From: Longimicrobiales bacterium
Lineage (GTDB): Bacteria; Gemmatimonadota; Gemmatimonadetes; Longimicrobiales; Gaopeijiaceae
Assembly (NCBI GenBank): GCA_965198065.1
Contig: CBDAON010000004.1
Span: 2,784,001 to 2,848,000 of the forward strand
DNA: 64,000 nucleotides
Direction of reading: 5' to 3'
Below the pieces are notes generated by a model that made no database searches, was not told where the DNA came from, and saw nothing but the letters and a program-made list of their open reading frames with translations. The translations under genes were made by a program, and so were the position numbers. The stretch's first letter is position 1. Each line of letters starts with the position of its first letter. Below are positions 32,412-43,820 of the stretch, piece after piece.

Positions 32412-33887
32412 GCTGACGTGTACGGACGGCTGACGGGTAGAGCGGGCGTTTGTCTGTCGACCCTCGGTCCGGGCGCTACGAATCTGGTGACCGGCGTAGC
32501 AGATGCGAATATGGACCGGGCGCCTGTCGTGGCCATCGCTGGCCAGGCGGCCACGACGCGAATGCACAAGGAGAGCCATCAGTACCTCGACCTTGTCAGC
32601 CTCTTCGCTCCCATATCCAAGTACAGCACGCAGATCAGCGAGCCGGAGACCATCCCTGAGGTGCTTCGCAAGGCGTTCAAGCAGGCGGTAGCAGAGAAGC
32701 CAGGGGTCAGTTTCGTGGCTTTCCCCGAAAACATCGCCGGCTCCGAGGTGGCAGCTACGGAACCGCTCAGGGTGCAGGCGGCCATGACTCCCGGGGCCCC
32801 TGAGGCTAAGATCGAACAGGCCGCTGAGATCATCTCGATGGCAGAGCACCCGGTCATCATGGCCGGGAACGGCGTCATCCGGTCGGGAGGGGCAAGGCAT
32901 CTCCAGGCGTTCGCGGAGAGCCTCCAGATCCCCGTGGCGACCACCTTCATGGCTAAGGGCGCGATACCGTCCTCGCACCCGCTCAGCCTCGGGGCGGTGG
33001 GCCTGCAAGCCCACGACTACGTCAGCTGCGGATTCGACCGCGCAGATGTCATCGTTTGCGTAGGCTACGACATGGCTGAGTACCATCCTTATCTGTGGCA
33101 TCCTGAGAAACGCGCCCAGATCCTACACATATACGAGACGCCGGCCGAGGTCGATAGCCACTACATTCTGGCCGCCGGCGTCATCGGCGACATCGGCGAG
33201 TCACTGCGGCGAATCGGTGAGGTGGCGCGGCCTCAGGGCGAGCCGAGCCTCGGAGAGTTGCGAGATCTACTCCTCCAGGAGCATTCCGAGCACGCGGAAA
33301 ACCCGGCGTTCCCGATGGTGCCCCAGCGTATCCTCTGGGACCTCCGGCAGGTGATCGGGCCCGAGGACATCGTCATCAGTGACGTGGGCGCTCACAAGAT
33401 GTGGACCGCCCGGCTCTACCAGGCCGAGCGCCCCAACACCTGCATCATCTCGAACGGTCTTGCCTCCATGGGAATCGGCGTGCCAGGGGCCATCGCTGCG
33501 AAGCTGGCCCATCCGGAGCGTACCGCAGTAACTATCACAGGCGATGCCGGATTCCTGATGAATTGCCAAGAGATCGAAACCGCCCTCCGTATCGGGACCC
33601 CCATCATCGTCCTCATCTGGAACGACAGTGAGTACGGTCTGATCCGGTGGCATCAGATGCGCCACTTCGGACGCCCCAGCCACGTAGACTTCAAGAATCC
33701 CGACTTCGTGATGTTCGCGGAGAGCTTCGGAGCCAAGGGCTATCGGGTGGAAGCCGCCGACGAGCTGGCGCCGACCCTGAAGCAAGCCATCGCCGACGAC
33801 ACGGTCGTGATCATCGACTGCCAAGTGGACTACTCGGAGAACATGAAGCTGACGGAGAAGCTGGGGGATCTGGTCTGCCCCATGTAG
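32412..33887 (+). pseudogene. ThDP-dependent acetolactate synthase-like enzyme (2-oxoglutarate decarboxylase-like), 5' end removed at IS3
   Basis: Begins at ADVYGRLTG; GPGATN and GDAGF..N ThDP motifs. The N-terminal region with RHE is missing. Confidence 0.85.
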
Positions 33888-33921
33888 GTGCGAGGGCGCC
33901 GGAACTACCGGAGGTACGAGA

Positions 33922-35361
33922 ATGTCCGAGCCGTTCCCACTCATGGTTCCGGGCGCTACGCCGGACCGCGAGCTGATGGACGTATATGCACCCTACGATC
34001 GGAGCCTCATAGCTACCATCGAGCGCGGGGGACCGAGGGTCGTGGAGAAGGCACTAGACACGGCTTACGGACTCTTCCGCGACAAGGACGGGTGGCTCAG
34101 CGCCGCCCGCCGGATTGGGATCTTGAGGCGCGCCGCCGCGATGATGGAGGAGAGACGAGAGGAGCTAGCCATGGAAGCCGCCCGGGAGGGCGGAAAGCCA
34201 CTGATCGACTCGCGTGTCGAAGTGGATCGGGCAGTCGACAGCGTGAACGAGTGTGTAGAATTCCTGCGCACTCAGCACGGCGATGAGATCCCGATGAGTC
34301 TCAACGCCGCGTCGGCCAACCGATTGGCGTTCACCCGCCACGAGCCCATTGGCGTCGTGGTCGCCTTCAGCGCCTTCAACCATCCGCTGAACCTAATCGT
34401 CCACCAGGTCGGACCCGCCGTTGCGACCGGGTGCCCGTGCATAGTCAAACCGGCAGAGGCCACGCCCCTGTCGGGGATGCGCTTCGTCGGAATTCTCCGC
34501 GAGGCGGGTCTCCCGGAGGAATGGTGCCAGGGCCTCGTGACCACCGATCTGGACGTCGCCGGATCACTCGCCACGGATCGAAGGGTGGGCTTCTTCAGCT
34601 TCATTGGCAGCGCTCGTGTAGGTTGGATGCTGCGCTCCAAGCTCGCTCCCGGCACTCGCTGTGCCTTGGAACACGGAGGCGCGGCGCCCGTCCTCGTGGC
34701 CGATGATGCCGACCTCAACCACGTGCTCCCGCTGATTACCAAGGGTGGATTCTATCACGCCGGCCAGGTCTGCGTCTCAGTTCAGCGCGTTTTCGCCGCC
34801 CGGAGCATCGCTCGCGATCTGGCCGAGCGGCTTGCCCAAGCGGCGACCGCTCTCAACGTCGGCGACCCGACGGCTCCGGACACCGAAGTAGGGCCCCTCA
34901 TCCGTCCAGCTGAAGTAGAGCGCGTAGAAGGGTGGGTGAGGGAAGCAATCGATGGGGGTGGCGAATTACTCGCCGGCGGAGCATCCGCCTCGGAGACTTG
35001 CTACACGCCCACCGTACTGTACGACCCGCCTGGTGACGCTCGTGTCTCGACCTCGGAAATATTTGGCCCGGTGATCTGTGTGTATCCGTACGACGACATC
35101 GATGACGCATTCGCCCTATCGAACTCACTTCCCTACGCGTTCCAGGCGTCGGTGTTCACAAGCAATCTCGATACTGCGCTCCGGGCCTCGCGCCGGCTCG
35201 ACGCCTCTGCGGTGATGGTCAACGATCACCCCGCCTTCCGCGTGGATTGGATGCCGTTCGCTGGTCTTAGGGAGTCGGGCATGGGCGTCGGGGGGATCCC
35301 TTATACGATGGAAGACATGCAGATCAGAAAGCTGACGGTGATTCGTTCAAAGGAGCTCTAG
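33922..35361 (+). CDS. Aldehyde dehydrogenase family protein
   Basis: FNHPLN, FIGS, LEHGG, AGQVCVS and EIFGP motifs. Confidence 0.92.
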   Translation: MSEPFPLMVPGATPDRELMDVYAPYDRSLIATIERGGPRVVEKALDTAYGLFRDKDGWLSAARRIGILRRAAAMMEERREELAMEAAREGGKPLIDSRVEVDRAVDSVNECVEFLRTQHGDEIPMSLNAASANRLAFTRHEPIGVVVAFSAFNHPLNLIVHQVGPAVATGCPCIVKPAEATPLSGMRFVGILREAGLPEEWCQGLVTTDLDVAGSLATDRRVGFFSFIGSARVGWMLRSKLAPGTRCALEHGGAAPVLVADDADLNHVLPLITKGGFYHAGQVCVSVQRVFAARSIARDLAERLAQAATALNVGDPTAPDTEVGPLIRPAEVERVEGWVREAIDGGGELLAGGASASETCYTPTVLYDPPGDARVSTSEIFGPVICVYPYDDIDDAFALSNSLPYAFQASVFTSNLDTALRASRRLDASAVMVNDHPAFRVDWMPFAGLRESGMGVGGIPYTMEDMQIRKLTVIRSKEL

Positions 35362-35571
35362 ATTGCGCTCGCGCTCACCAAGAATCTGTCGCCCCGTGCA
35401 ATCAGTTGATGGCGCCGACTTCCGGAGATCTCGTATTCGTAGGCTTTATGGATTCAGGGCCGATGCGCCCTCGAGATTGGATTGCTCGCTAGTGAAAAAC
35501 TCGCTCGGCGTCGCTTCAGGCGTTCCCGTGCTCGTGGCAGGGAGGAGAGGACGGATCCTCCTCTCCATCTT
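35359..35571 (+). repeat. ~211-bp direct repeat, copy 1
   Basis: Near-identical to 40937..41147. Confidence 0.9.
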
Positions 35572-35640
35572 TGGAGCCTATGTGGCCCTCATGAGGCGCG
35601 GTGGATGAGCCTGGATCAGCGCCCCGCCACGATCCCGCCG

Positions 35641-36777
35641 ATGCCTTGGAAAAAGCACCCTTGGGTCCGTGCGTTGGTCGTCGTCATTCTCCTCTACCTC
35701 TTCCTGATCGGCGTCAATGGGCTGGGAGCGGGTTTCCGGGCATTGGGCGAGGGTGCGCTGGACTCGTTCTTCGCCGCCACGGAGAACCCGTTCGTCGGTC
35801 TGATGATCGGCATCCTCGCGACGACGTTGGTCCAGAGCTCCTCGGTCACCACCGCCATGATCATTGGGTTAGTGGCAGCTCCGGAGAATCCCATCCCGTT
35901 GGAAAACGCCGTGCCGTTGATCCTTGGCTCGAACATCGGGACAACGGTCACCAATACGATCGCGTCGCTCGCTCATATGGGTCGGAAGGAAGAGTTTCGG
36001 AGAGCCTTCGCCGTCGCGACGGTGCACGACTTCTTCAACTATCTCGCGGTTCTGATCCTCCTCCCGCTGGAGCTGCTGACTGGGTTTCTGCAGGCGTCCG
36101 CCACGGCGCTCACGTCCCTGTTGGGGGACATCGGCGGAGGCGAATACGACAGCCCCATCAGGGCGGTGATCGAGGCCGGTGGAGCTCCGATCGAGGCGTC
36201 CCTGGAGGCACTCTTGCCCACGCCTCGGATGGCGGCGATCCTCTACATCGTCGTGAGCGGAGGGCTGATTTTCGTGACGCTTCTCGGGATCGTGAAGGTA
36301 ATGCGTTCAGCGATGCAGACCCGTGTTGAGTCACTTGTGTCACGTGCCCTGTCCCAAAACGCCGTGGTCGCGATGGCGGTGGGTGCGGTCGCCACGGTGA
36401 TGGTCCAATCGAGCTCAATCACCACGTCACTGCTGGTCCCGCTCGCGGGGGCTGGGGTGCTAAAGCTGCAGGACGCCTTTCCGGTCACCCTGGGGGCGAA
36501 CGTCGGGACCACGGTGACGGCTCTCCTCGCCGCGCTCGCGGCGACCGGCGCGAACGCGGCCGCCGGGCTCACCATCGCCCTCGTGCACCTGCTCTTCAAC
36601 GTGTCTGGGACCTTGCTTATCTATCCGTTCGCCCCCGTGCGGCGCGTCCCACTTCGCCTCGCACGGATCCTGGCCGACGTCGCTACCCAGTCTCCCAAGT
36701 GGGCGATCGCATACGTCATCGGCCTTTTCTATATCATTCCCGTGGGGTTCGCCGTTCTCAACGCGATGTTCGGGTAA
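35641..36777 (+). CDS. Na/Pi cotransporter (NptA/SLC34-like)
   Basis: Two VQSSS repeats, GSNIGTT and GANVGTT, multiple TMs. Start could be 35605. Confidence 0.9.
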   Translation: MPWKKHPWVRALVVVILLYLFLIGVNGLGAGFRALGEGALDSFFAATENPFVGLMIGILATTLVQSSSVTTAMIIGLVAAPENPIPLENAVPLILGSNIGTTVTNTIASLAHMGRKEEFRRAFAVATVHDFFNYLAVLILLPLELLTGFLQASATALTSLLGDIGGGEYDSPIRAVIEAGGAPIEASLEALLPTPRMAAILYIVVSGGLIFVTLLGIVKVMRSAMQTRVESLVSRALSQNAVVAMAVGAVATVMVQSSSITTSLLVPLAGAGVLKLQDAFPVTLGANVGTTVTALLAALAATGANAAAGLTIALVHLLFNVSGTLLIYPFAPVRRVPLRLARILADVATQSPKWAIAYVIGLFYIIPVGFAVLNAMFG

Positions 36778-36787
36778 GGGGAGGAGT

Positions 36788-37477
36788 GTGCTAAAGGAAC
36801 TGTTTAACCTGTTCCGCTTCGACGAAGCGATCTCCGGAATGAGCCGGGACTTCAACACGATGCTCGATCTATCGCAGGGTCTGACTCGTCGAGCGGGCCG
36901 CATTTTCTTCGAAGAGGAGACCGAGGGCGACGATCGTGCCGAAATCTCGAAGAGCGACATAGCGGTTAACAAGCTCGAGCGTGAGATTCGCAGGCGGGTG
37001 ATCACACACATCACGATAGGCTGCGACGCAAGCGACGTCTCGTATTGCCTGCTACTGATGAGCATCGTGAAAGACGTCGAAAGGATCGGCGATTACGCGA
37101 AGAACCTCGCCGAGATTCACGACATAGGGGGCGGGTCGATACCGGAGGACGAAAATGGCGCGGAGCTTCGTGGAATCCGGCGGACGGTCGAGGAAGCCTT
37201 CGCGACAGTTCGCGAGGTCTTCACCTCGTCGGACAGACGGACGGCGATGGAATTGATCCAGGAAGGTCGGCAGACGAACCGTCGTTGCGACGAGCTGATC
37301 GCTACCGTCGCCAGGAGCTCGTACGATGCCTCGACCACGACATCCATGGCTCTCGGCGCACGTCACTTCAAGCGCATCCAATCCCACCTTCTGAATATCT
37401 TGTCCGGCGTCGTGATGCCGCTGCACAAACTCAACTACTTCGACGAACAGGTGTTAGACCGCGAGGAGGAGGAGTAG
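36788..37477 (+). CDS. PhoU-domain protein
   Basis: VNKLEREIRR and KDVERIGDYAKN; follows the Na/Pi symporter. Confidence 0.8.
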   Translation: MLKELFNLFRFDEAISGMSRDFNTMLDLSQGLTRRAGRIFFEEETEGDDRAEISKSDIAVNKLEREIRRRVITHITIGCDASDVSYCLLLMSIVKDVERIGDYAKNLAEIHDIGGGSIPEDENGAELRGIRRTVEEAFATVREVFTSSDRRTAMELIQEGRQTNRRCDELIATVARSSYDASTTTSMALGARHFKRIQSHLLNILSGVVMPLHKLNYFDEQVLDREEEE

Positions 37478-37944
37478 CTGCGGAGGAGCCAGTAGACCGC
37501 GGTCGATCGGTTCTCGAGCGCAAGACGGACCCTCCGAAGAGGCCGCGTTGAGCGCGACCTTGAGCTACCCTGAGTCGCGTTGCGTCTTCGTGCTCGCCCC
37601 CACAGCCCTAGTTGAAGCCCATGTTCATGCGGCTGACCCGTCTGGCCCGTGGTCGTCTGGAGCGCTCCGGGAGCGATCGTCGGAAGCACGATAGGGAGTC
37701 GGATCGGGAAGCCTCTGCAGGCCTACCACATGGTGCCTGCTCGGGGCGACGTCTTCGCAGCCGTCGTCCTCGGGAGTGGAGCTCTTCGTCTAGGATCGGG
37801 GATGGCCACCGCTGCCTCCCGGGGCCGTTGGTCCAAGGGAACTTCCTGGTCCGGGTGCGGCGTTCCCATGAGAGGTGGGCAAGGGTCCGTTGGGAGGGCC
37901 GGTAGAAGATAAACGGACAAATAGGCGGGTGGCTCCGATCCAAA

Positions 37945-39394
37945 GTGGGCGTGCGCCAGGGCGAGCTGTTCACCGTTGGCCTGATGTTCGCCTACGGCTT
38001 CTTCGCCATGACGTCGTACTACGTCATCAAGCCCGTCCGGAACTCCATCTTCTTGGACCGGGTGGGTGCGGATCAGCTCCCATTCGTCTACGTCCTCACG
38101 GCGCTCTTCGTCGTCGGCGTGGTGGTCGTTTACTCCCGCTTCGTAGACCGGGTCGGACGGCTTCGGCTCCTTCTGGGTTCCGTGGGGGTGCTGGGTGCGG
38201 CCGTGGTGGGGTTCTGGTGGCTCCTCCGAGGGGGCCGCGACCTTCTGGACCTCAGGGGCCTTCTACATCTTCGGAAAGCTCTTTCCCCTGATCCTCGTCA
38301 GCCAGTTCTGGCTCGTCGCCAATCTCCTCTTCACCACGACCCAGGCTCGTAGGCTCTTCGGGCCCATCGGCGTGGGACTGATCCTCGGCGGAATCACCGG
38401 AAGCGTCATCGCCGGGACCATGGCAGAGGTGGTGGGAAGCGAGAATCTCCTGCTGATCGCCACGGGGGTGCTGGGCCTGTGCGCCCTCATCATCTGGCTT
38501 CTGGGGCCCCGTATGAGGGCGGAGGGGGGGCCAGCGCCCGCCTCATGGAGGAGGTCTCCGGAGGCGCCGTCGCCCTCCTGCGGAGGTCTTCGCACCTGAA
38601 GACAGTCGCCGTGATCCTGGCGGTGACGATCGTGGTCGGGACCCTCATCGACTGGCAGTTCAACCGCGCGGTGGAGATCTACATCGCTGGCGAGGACGAA
38701 AATACGCGGTTCTTCGGCACCTTCTTCGGCGCCCTCAACGTGGCGTCCGTCCTGGTGCAGATCCTCCTCACCGGCTGGGTTCTCCGCCGCTTGGGGCTGC
38801 AGGTGGCCCTCCTCGTCCTTCCCGTGGGCCTTCTGGTGGCCACCCTGGGCGTCCTGGCGGCGCCCGTCCTGGTCACCGCCTCCCTGGCCAAGGGTGCCGA
38901 AGGAAGCCTCCGCTACTCGCTGGATCAGGCTACGCGGGAGCTACTCTTCCTGCCCGTGCCCCTCCACGTGAAGTATAAGGTCAAACCGCTGATCGACCTG
39001 GGCGTCTACCGGGGCGGGTCGGGGATCGGAGGGATCGTCCTCCTGGTGGCGGTCAATCTCCTGGGCTTCTCGATCCGCCAGGTGGGCTTCCTGACCGTGG
39101 CTTTTGTGGCCCTTTGGGTCGTAGCCGCCCTCCGCATGCGGAAGGAGTTCGGCCGGACCCTGAAGCGCCTCATCGGCGTGCGGGACGTGAAGCTGGAAGA
39201 GCTCGTCGTCGGTCACCTCAACGCCGAGACGCTGGAAGAGCTTCGGCGCACCCTGAGGGGAGGAGACGGTGAGAGCATCTCGTACGCGCTGGCGTTGCTG
39301 CGCCAGGCCCCCTCGTCCCGGCTCGCCGAAGACGTTCGCCCCCTCCTGGGGCACGAGTCGGAGCGCGTCAGGCGCGGGGCCCTCGCGGTCCTGT
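37945..39394 (+). pseudogene. Npt1/Npt2 (TLC)-like MFS nucleotide transporter plus HEAT repeats, frameshifted and 3' truncated
   Basis: YYVIKPVRNSIFL, SQFWLVAN..QARRLFG, LRYSLDQATRELLFLPVP, then HEAT-like VRPLLGHESERVRRGAL. Confidence 0.75.
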
Positions 39395-39977
39395 CCGCTT
39401 CCTCCATCAGGTGCGTGGTGAGGAAGACCGTCTTGCCGCGTTCTCTTATGCCCCTGACCAACCCCCAGATCGCACGACGAGCCTGCGGGTCGAGTCCCGT
39501 GGTCAGCTCGTCGAGGAAGAGCACTTCAGGATCGTGAATCATGGCCAACGCAATGAAGAGTCTCTGCTTCTGGCCTCCTGACAGCGTCATGAACCTGGCG
39601 TTGCGCTTGGCTGCGAGACCGAGCTGAGCCAGGAGCGCCTCTGCGTCGACGACCCGTGAGTAGAGAGTGGACCACAGGTCAACGGCCTCCCAAACCTTGA
39701 TTCGCTTCTGGAGCTGTGCCTCCTGATGCTGGACCCCGACGCGGTGCTGAAGCGCAGAAGCATCTCCTCGGGGATCGAGGCCCAGCACCGAGATCGTTCC
39801 TCGATCCGCTTTCCGCAGGCCTTCCACGCACTCCATCGTGGTCGTCTTCCCCGCACCGTTCGGACCGATCAGGCCGAAGATCTCACCCCGTTGGATCTCG
39901 AGGGACACATCGTCCACGGCCACGGTGGACCCGTAGCTCTTTGCCAAATGGGAGATCGAAATCACAGCAGGAGACAT
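39395..39977 (-). pseudogene. ABC-2-type ATP-binding protein, 3' truncated
   Basis: GPNGAGKTT, LSGGQKQR, DELTTGLD; ends just after TTHLMEEA. Confidence 0.8.
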
Positions 39978-40089
39978 ACCTGATTTATGCAACGACGGCT
40001 GCATTTCCTCAAACGAGCCGCGGTGCGTCGGGCGCTGGATGGTGCTATACCGGCCCATCACCCCTCCGTGGCTAGCGCCTCGGCCGATC

Positions 40090-40686
40090 CTACGGCTCGA
40101 ACCTGATCGGGGTCGCGATCCACACGGCGGTCCGCGCGCCCTGGTCCAGCGCGGGCGTGAACTGGAACGTCTGCCCCACCCGGAGGGCGTCGTCGTCCAG
40201 TTGCGGGTTCCCCGAGGTCGTGTTGACCACCACGTTCTCCACGAACCCCGTCTCGTCAATGTAGAGCCAGAGGAGGACCGTACCACTGATGCCCGCGTCC
40301 CGGAGGAGCGGGGGGTACTCCCGCTGCAGGGCGGACATGACCTCAGCGCGGTTCCTGAGTTCGGGCGCGACCTCGTAGGGCGTGAAGCCGCCTGGCGGTG
40401 CCGAGGTGACCGGCGGAGCGGACGACTGGAGAATCGAGCGGATGTCGTCCGGTCCGAGGGACGGTGGTGGTGCCGGGGCATCCCGGTCCCCGCCGACGGT
40501 CGTCTCGGGCTCGGCCCCGGGCACGGCGCCGTCGGATGCCGGCGGGTCCGCCGGAACGGGTGCCTCGCACGCGAACGTGAGGACTATCGTCGCCCCGCCT
40601 GCGAGCGCGAGTGCCGTCCGTCCCCGGTGACGCCGGATTCGGTCCGTCATGGCCTCGATCCTCCTCTCCAGGGTGGACGATATCAT
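40090..40686 (-). CDS. TonB C-terminal domain protein (probable remnant of an M56/BlaR1-TonB fusion)
   Basis: YPPLLRDAGISGTV..FTPAL TonB_C motif. LERRIEAM resembles the end of an M56 domain. Confidence 0.7.
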   Translation of the reverse strand: MISSTLERRIEAMTDRIRRHRGRTALALAGGATIVLTFACEAPVPADPPASDGAVPGAEPETTVGGDRDAPAPPPSLGPDDIRSILQSSAPPVTSAPPGGFTPYEVAPELRNRAEVMSALQREYPPLLRDAGISGTVLLWLYIDETGFVENVVVNTTSGNPQLDDDALRVGQTFQFTPALDQGARTAVWIATPIRFEP

Positions 40687-40709
40687 TCTTACTCTCTCCT
40701 AGTCTAGTT

Positions 40710-40733
40710 CCGTTACCCGCGCGCGGGTAACGG
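40710..40733. repeat. Perfect 24-bp palindrome
   Basis: CCGTTACCCGCGCGCGGGTAACGG. Confidence 0.8.
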
Positions 40734-40936
40734 GCCCTCCCCGGCCCGCGCCCGTGTCTAGCGTCTCCCTTCAGAGCCAAAACAGGGCCCGGGACACCTC
40801 ACCCGACCCAGACCCCGGCCCGACATTCTTTCGTGCGTCCTGCTGCGTGCTCGGCCGAGACCCGCTTCCGCCTCTTCACCCTCGAAACCTCGATCGCTGT
40901 GCTCGCCTGTTCGGCGTTCGATGGGTCGAGGATCTG

Positions 40937-41147
40937 TAGATCGCGCTCGCGCTCACCAAGAATCTGTCGCCCCGTGCAATCTGTTGATGGCGCCGACTTC
41001 CGGGGATCTTGTATTGTAGGCTTTATGGATTCAGGTCCGATGCGCCTCGAGAGTGGATTGCTCGCTAGTGAAAGACTCGCTCGGCGTCGCTTCAGGCGTT
41101 CCCGTGCTCGTGGCAGGGAGGAGAGGACGGATCCCCCTGTCCATCTT
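40937..41147 (+). repeat. ~211-bp direct repeat, copy 2
   Basis: Near-identical to 35359..35571. Confidence 0.9.
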
Positions 41148-41321
41148 CATAGCGGCCATGGTCGCCTGGGGTCGACTAGACGAGATGAAGAAGCGGTGGC
41201 AGCAGATCGAAGGGGCGGAGGAGGCATGAACGATCGTAGACCTGGGCGAGATCGAGCCGCTGACCGCTTGCTCATGCAGCGTGAGGTCGCGCCGTCGCCA
41301 AATCGTGAGAGGGGGAAACCG

Positions 41322-41895
41322 ATGAGCAGATTGGTAGCTACGGCAGCGCTATTCTCGTCTTTGGTGATGAGCGGGTGTCAGCCCGAGGCCGCTCCTCCGA
41401 GCGACGCCGAGCCCGAACGCGGGCCCCGATCGCAGCCTGGCACCTCAATGGGCCTATACAGCCCTGATCAACATCCGCTGTATGACGGGCGCTTCATCGT
41501 TTCAGGGAGTCGAGTTTACCAGGTGGGCGGCCTGATGGACGTGGCTCCCTGGGACCATATGGGAGACGATGCTTCGAATGTTCGCCCGGTGCCGGGCACG
41601 ATTGAGATCGATGTCAACGAGTTGGACAACACGGGATCATTTCGTGCGGAACTAGAACTGCCGGACGGTCTCTGTCGTGGAAATGGAGAGATTCGAGGAG
41701 TTCTCCCCTTGCCAGGATGGAGGAATCGCGGCATGGCTCTTCGAGCACGGAGATTCAACGTGCGGCGACGCGAACTGGCCGAAGAGCATTCTCTACATCG
41801 CTGGTTGGGGCTGGGGCGACGCAACGCTCAATGGTGAGCCATTCCGGATGGATCATCAGATCCACTTCATGGTCACCCAAGGGATGCGGGAACGG
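41322..41895 (+). pseudogene. Hypothetical lipoprotein, frameshifted and cut by the end of the ICE-like element
   Basis: Lipobox-like VMSGC, frameshift near 41670, abrupt switch to AT-rich DNA at ~41895. Confidence 0.6.
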
Positions 41896-42393
41896 GCAAG
41901 AATCATGATGGATCTGATAAGTTACTGTGGTACCACGATATACATATGCTATCTCTTTGGTTGTCCCCTTTTCATACCCATTTTTAGGAACTGGATTCCA
42001 AACGACCCTAGCGGACCTTGGCGGACACGTCGGCCACCCGATTGCCATCTTTGACGACTACGTACCCACCCGCTGGAGCCGAAGATCAAGCACTTGCGCT
42101 CGGTGTCGTCCACCACAGTAAAGCGCGGCTTCAATGAGATCCGTGATCTGCGCGATCACCTCGCCCACGCAAACTACTATGCCGAGACCCCCGAGGCCGC
42201 TCGTCAGGTCTGCCAGGTGGTCAGGAAGATTCGCCGCATCCAAGCGGACCTGCTTACAGGGATCGAAGATCAATAGCTCCCCTCAAGGAGAGCCGCCGTG
42301 GAGACCTCATCGGCGGGAGGAGATTGACGAAGGCCCTAATCTGCTATAATCACACCACGGTCTCAGCACATAAGTATCACGGAAGGGAGAGCT

Positions 42394-42681
42394 ATGCCGC
42401 AGACATCCTCGAGGGACATTGATGAGAGTGCTCTAACGAAGGGCCACCTCCGCAAGCTGAACGCACTTCGCAAGTCCGTCGGCGAAGATATCGGCGAGCG
42501 GGCGTTCGCCGAGTGGCTCTCCCGGCCAGCAACCGCAAGGGCGAGCGACCGGAACGCCGAGTTGATCGCCGAAAGTCTTTGGTCCCTTGTTGAGCAAGGC
42601 AAGCTTGCGATTCGTTCCGGCGGCTATGTGGTCAAACGCGGGCGCGGGCGAATCATCGTCGAGCCAGCGAAAAAGACGTAG
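42394..42681 (+). CDS. Hypothetical protein
   Basis: GGAG RBS, 95-aa ORF. Confidence 0.6.
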   Translation: MPQTSSRDIDESALTKGHLRKLNALRKSVGEDIGERAFAEWLSRPATARASDRNAELIAESLWSLVEQGKLAIRSGGYVVKRGRGRIIVEPAKKT

Positions 42682-42956
42682 ACGCCCAGCGCCAGCCGCT
42701 TGCCCGGACGCCGTAGGGCCAGCGCGGGACGTCAATACCACGGCACGACCGAACGGTTACACCTACCCAACCTCACTGAGCGCCATGTCACCCCCATTGG
42801 CGTCGGCTGTCGGGCGACTCCGCTTCAGCCGATGTCGAATGCAAATTGGCGAGCTGCCGAGGGGATGGTGAAGGAGCGAAGCGTGCCGGAGGGTGGATTG
42901 TCGATGGCCCCTGTCCTCTCTGATTGCGGACTACAATAGATGGTTAGTGTTTCAGA

Positions 42957-43184
42957 TCACTCCGCGTTGCCACGGCTCGCGGCGACCTGTTCTCGGATCC
43001 ACGCATCCACTTCGGACTCGATCCAGCCGACGGCGCGCGCGCCTAGCCGGATCGGTTGGGGAAAGCTCCCGTCGGCCACCCGCACGTAGATCGTGCTCCG
43101 CGCCAGCCCGGTGCGGGCCTGCACTCGAGGTAACCTCAGGACGCGCGCGGGCGCGTCCATGCCCTGTTCCATTGCTCTGGTCAT
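42957..43184 (-). CDS. alpA: AlpA-family regulator/excisionase
   Basis: Near-identical to 14920..15147. Confidence 0.9.
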   Translation of the reverse strand: MTRAMEQGMDAPARVLRLPRVQARTGLARSTIYVRVADGSFPQPIRLGARAVGWIESEVDAWIREQVAASRGNAE

Positions 43185-43820
43185 CGGTCTGCCTCCGTTC
43201 TGTTCGGTGAAGAATTCCGGGGCGCGTTGCCCCGGGGGAGGGAACAGGGGCCACATGGGCCTGGCGGCAGGCTTCGATGAACACGGGGACCTGGCAGGCC
43301 ATCGCCAGCCTCGGTGATCGGCCAGGACGGAGCTGACGCACCGGGTTGAGATAGCCCACCGCCTGCAGGTCGAACGTCGACGGCTTCAGGCCCGTGCGCT
43401 CGAGGGATGCATCCACTCGCGATTCGAAGTGCTTCGTCAGCGTCTCCATGGCAGTTGGGGTCGAGATCCGGCATGTGAGGACCCGCTCATGCACTGCGGC
43501 GCGTGGCCGAGCGCGACCGGATGCCGCCTCGGAGGGTGGTGCTAAGTGAGTCGAGGGCCGGCCGACGGATCGCGGCGAAGGGCTGCACCGTGCGGTGCAT
43601 TGACATCGATGTCGGCAGGGCGGCCAGTGCGGGCGGCCGCGACTAGAAGCTGACACCACAGGGGAGCCATGAGATGTTTCGACCGCAGGATCGAACCGAG
43701 CCTGCGGCCGGCCGCGCGACAAAGCCGCGCTGGCCCACCGCATGCGGGACGGCCATCGCCGCAAGTACGACGCTCGCAAGGACACCTGGCGCGCCGGGGA
43801 CACTACTCGTCCGCCGGCGC

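Noticed and set aside
37600..37800. TauE/SafE-like membrane gene fragment
   Set aside because: Only a short WSAPGAIVGSTIGSRIGK stretch is suggestive, too degraded to call.
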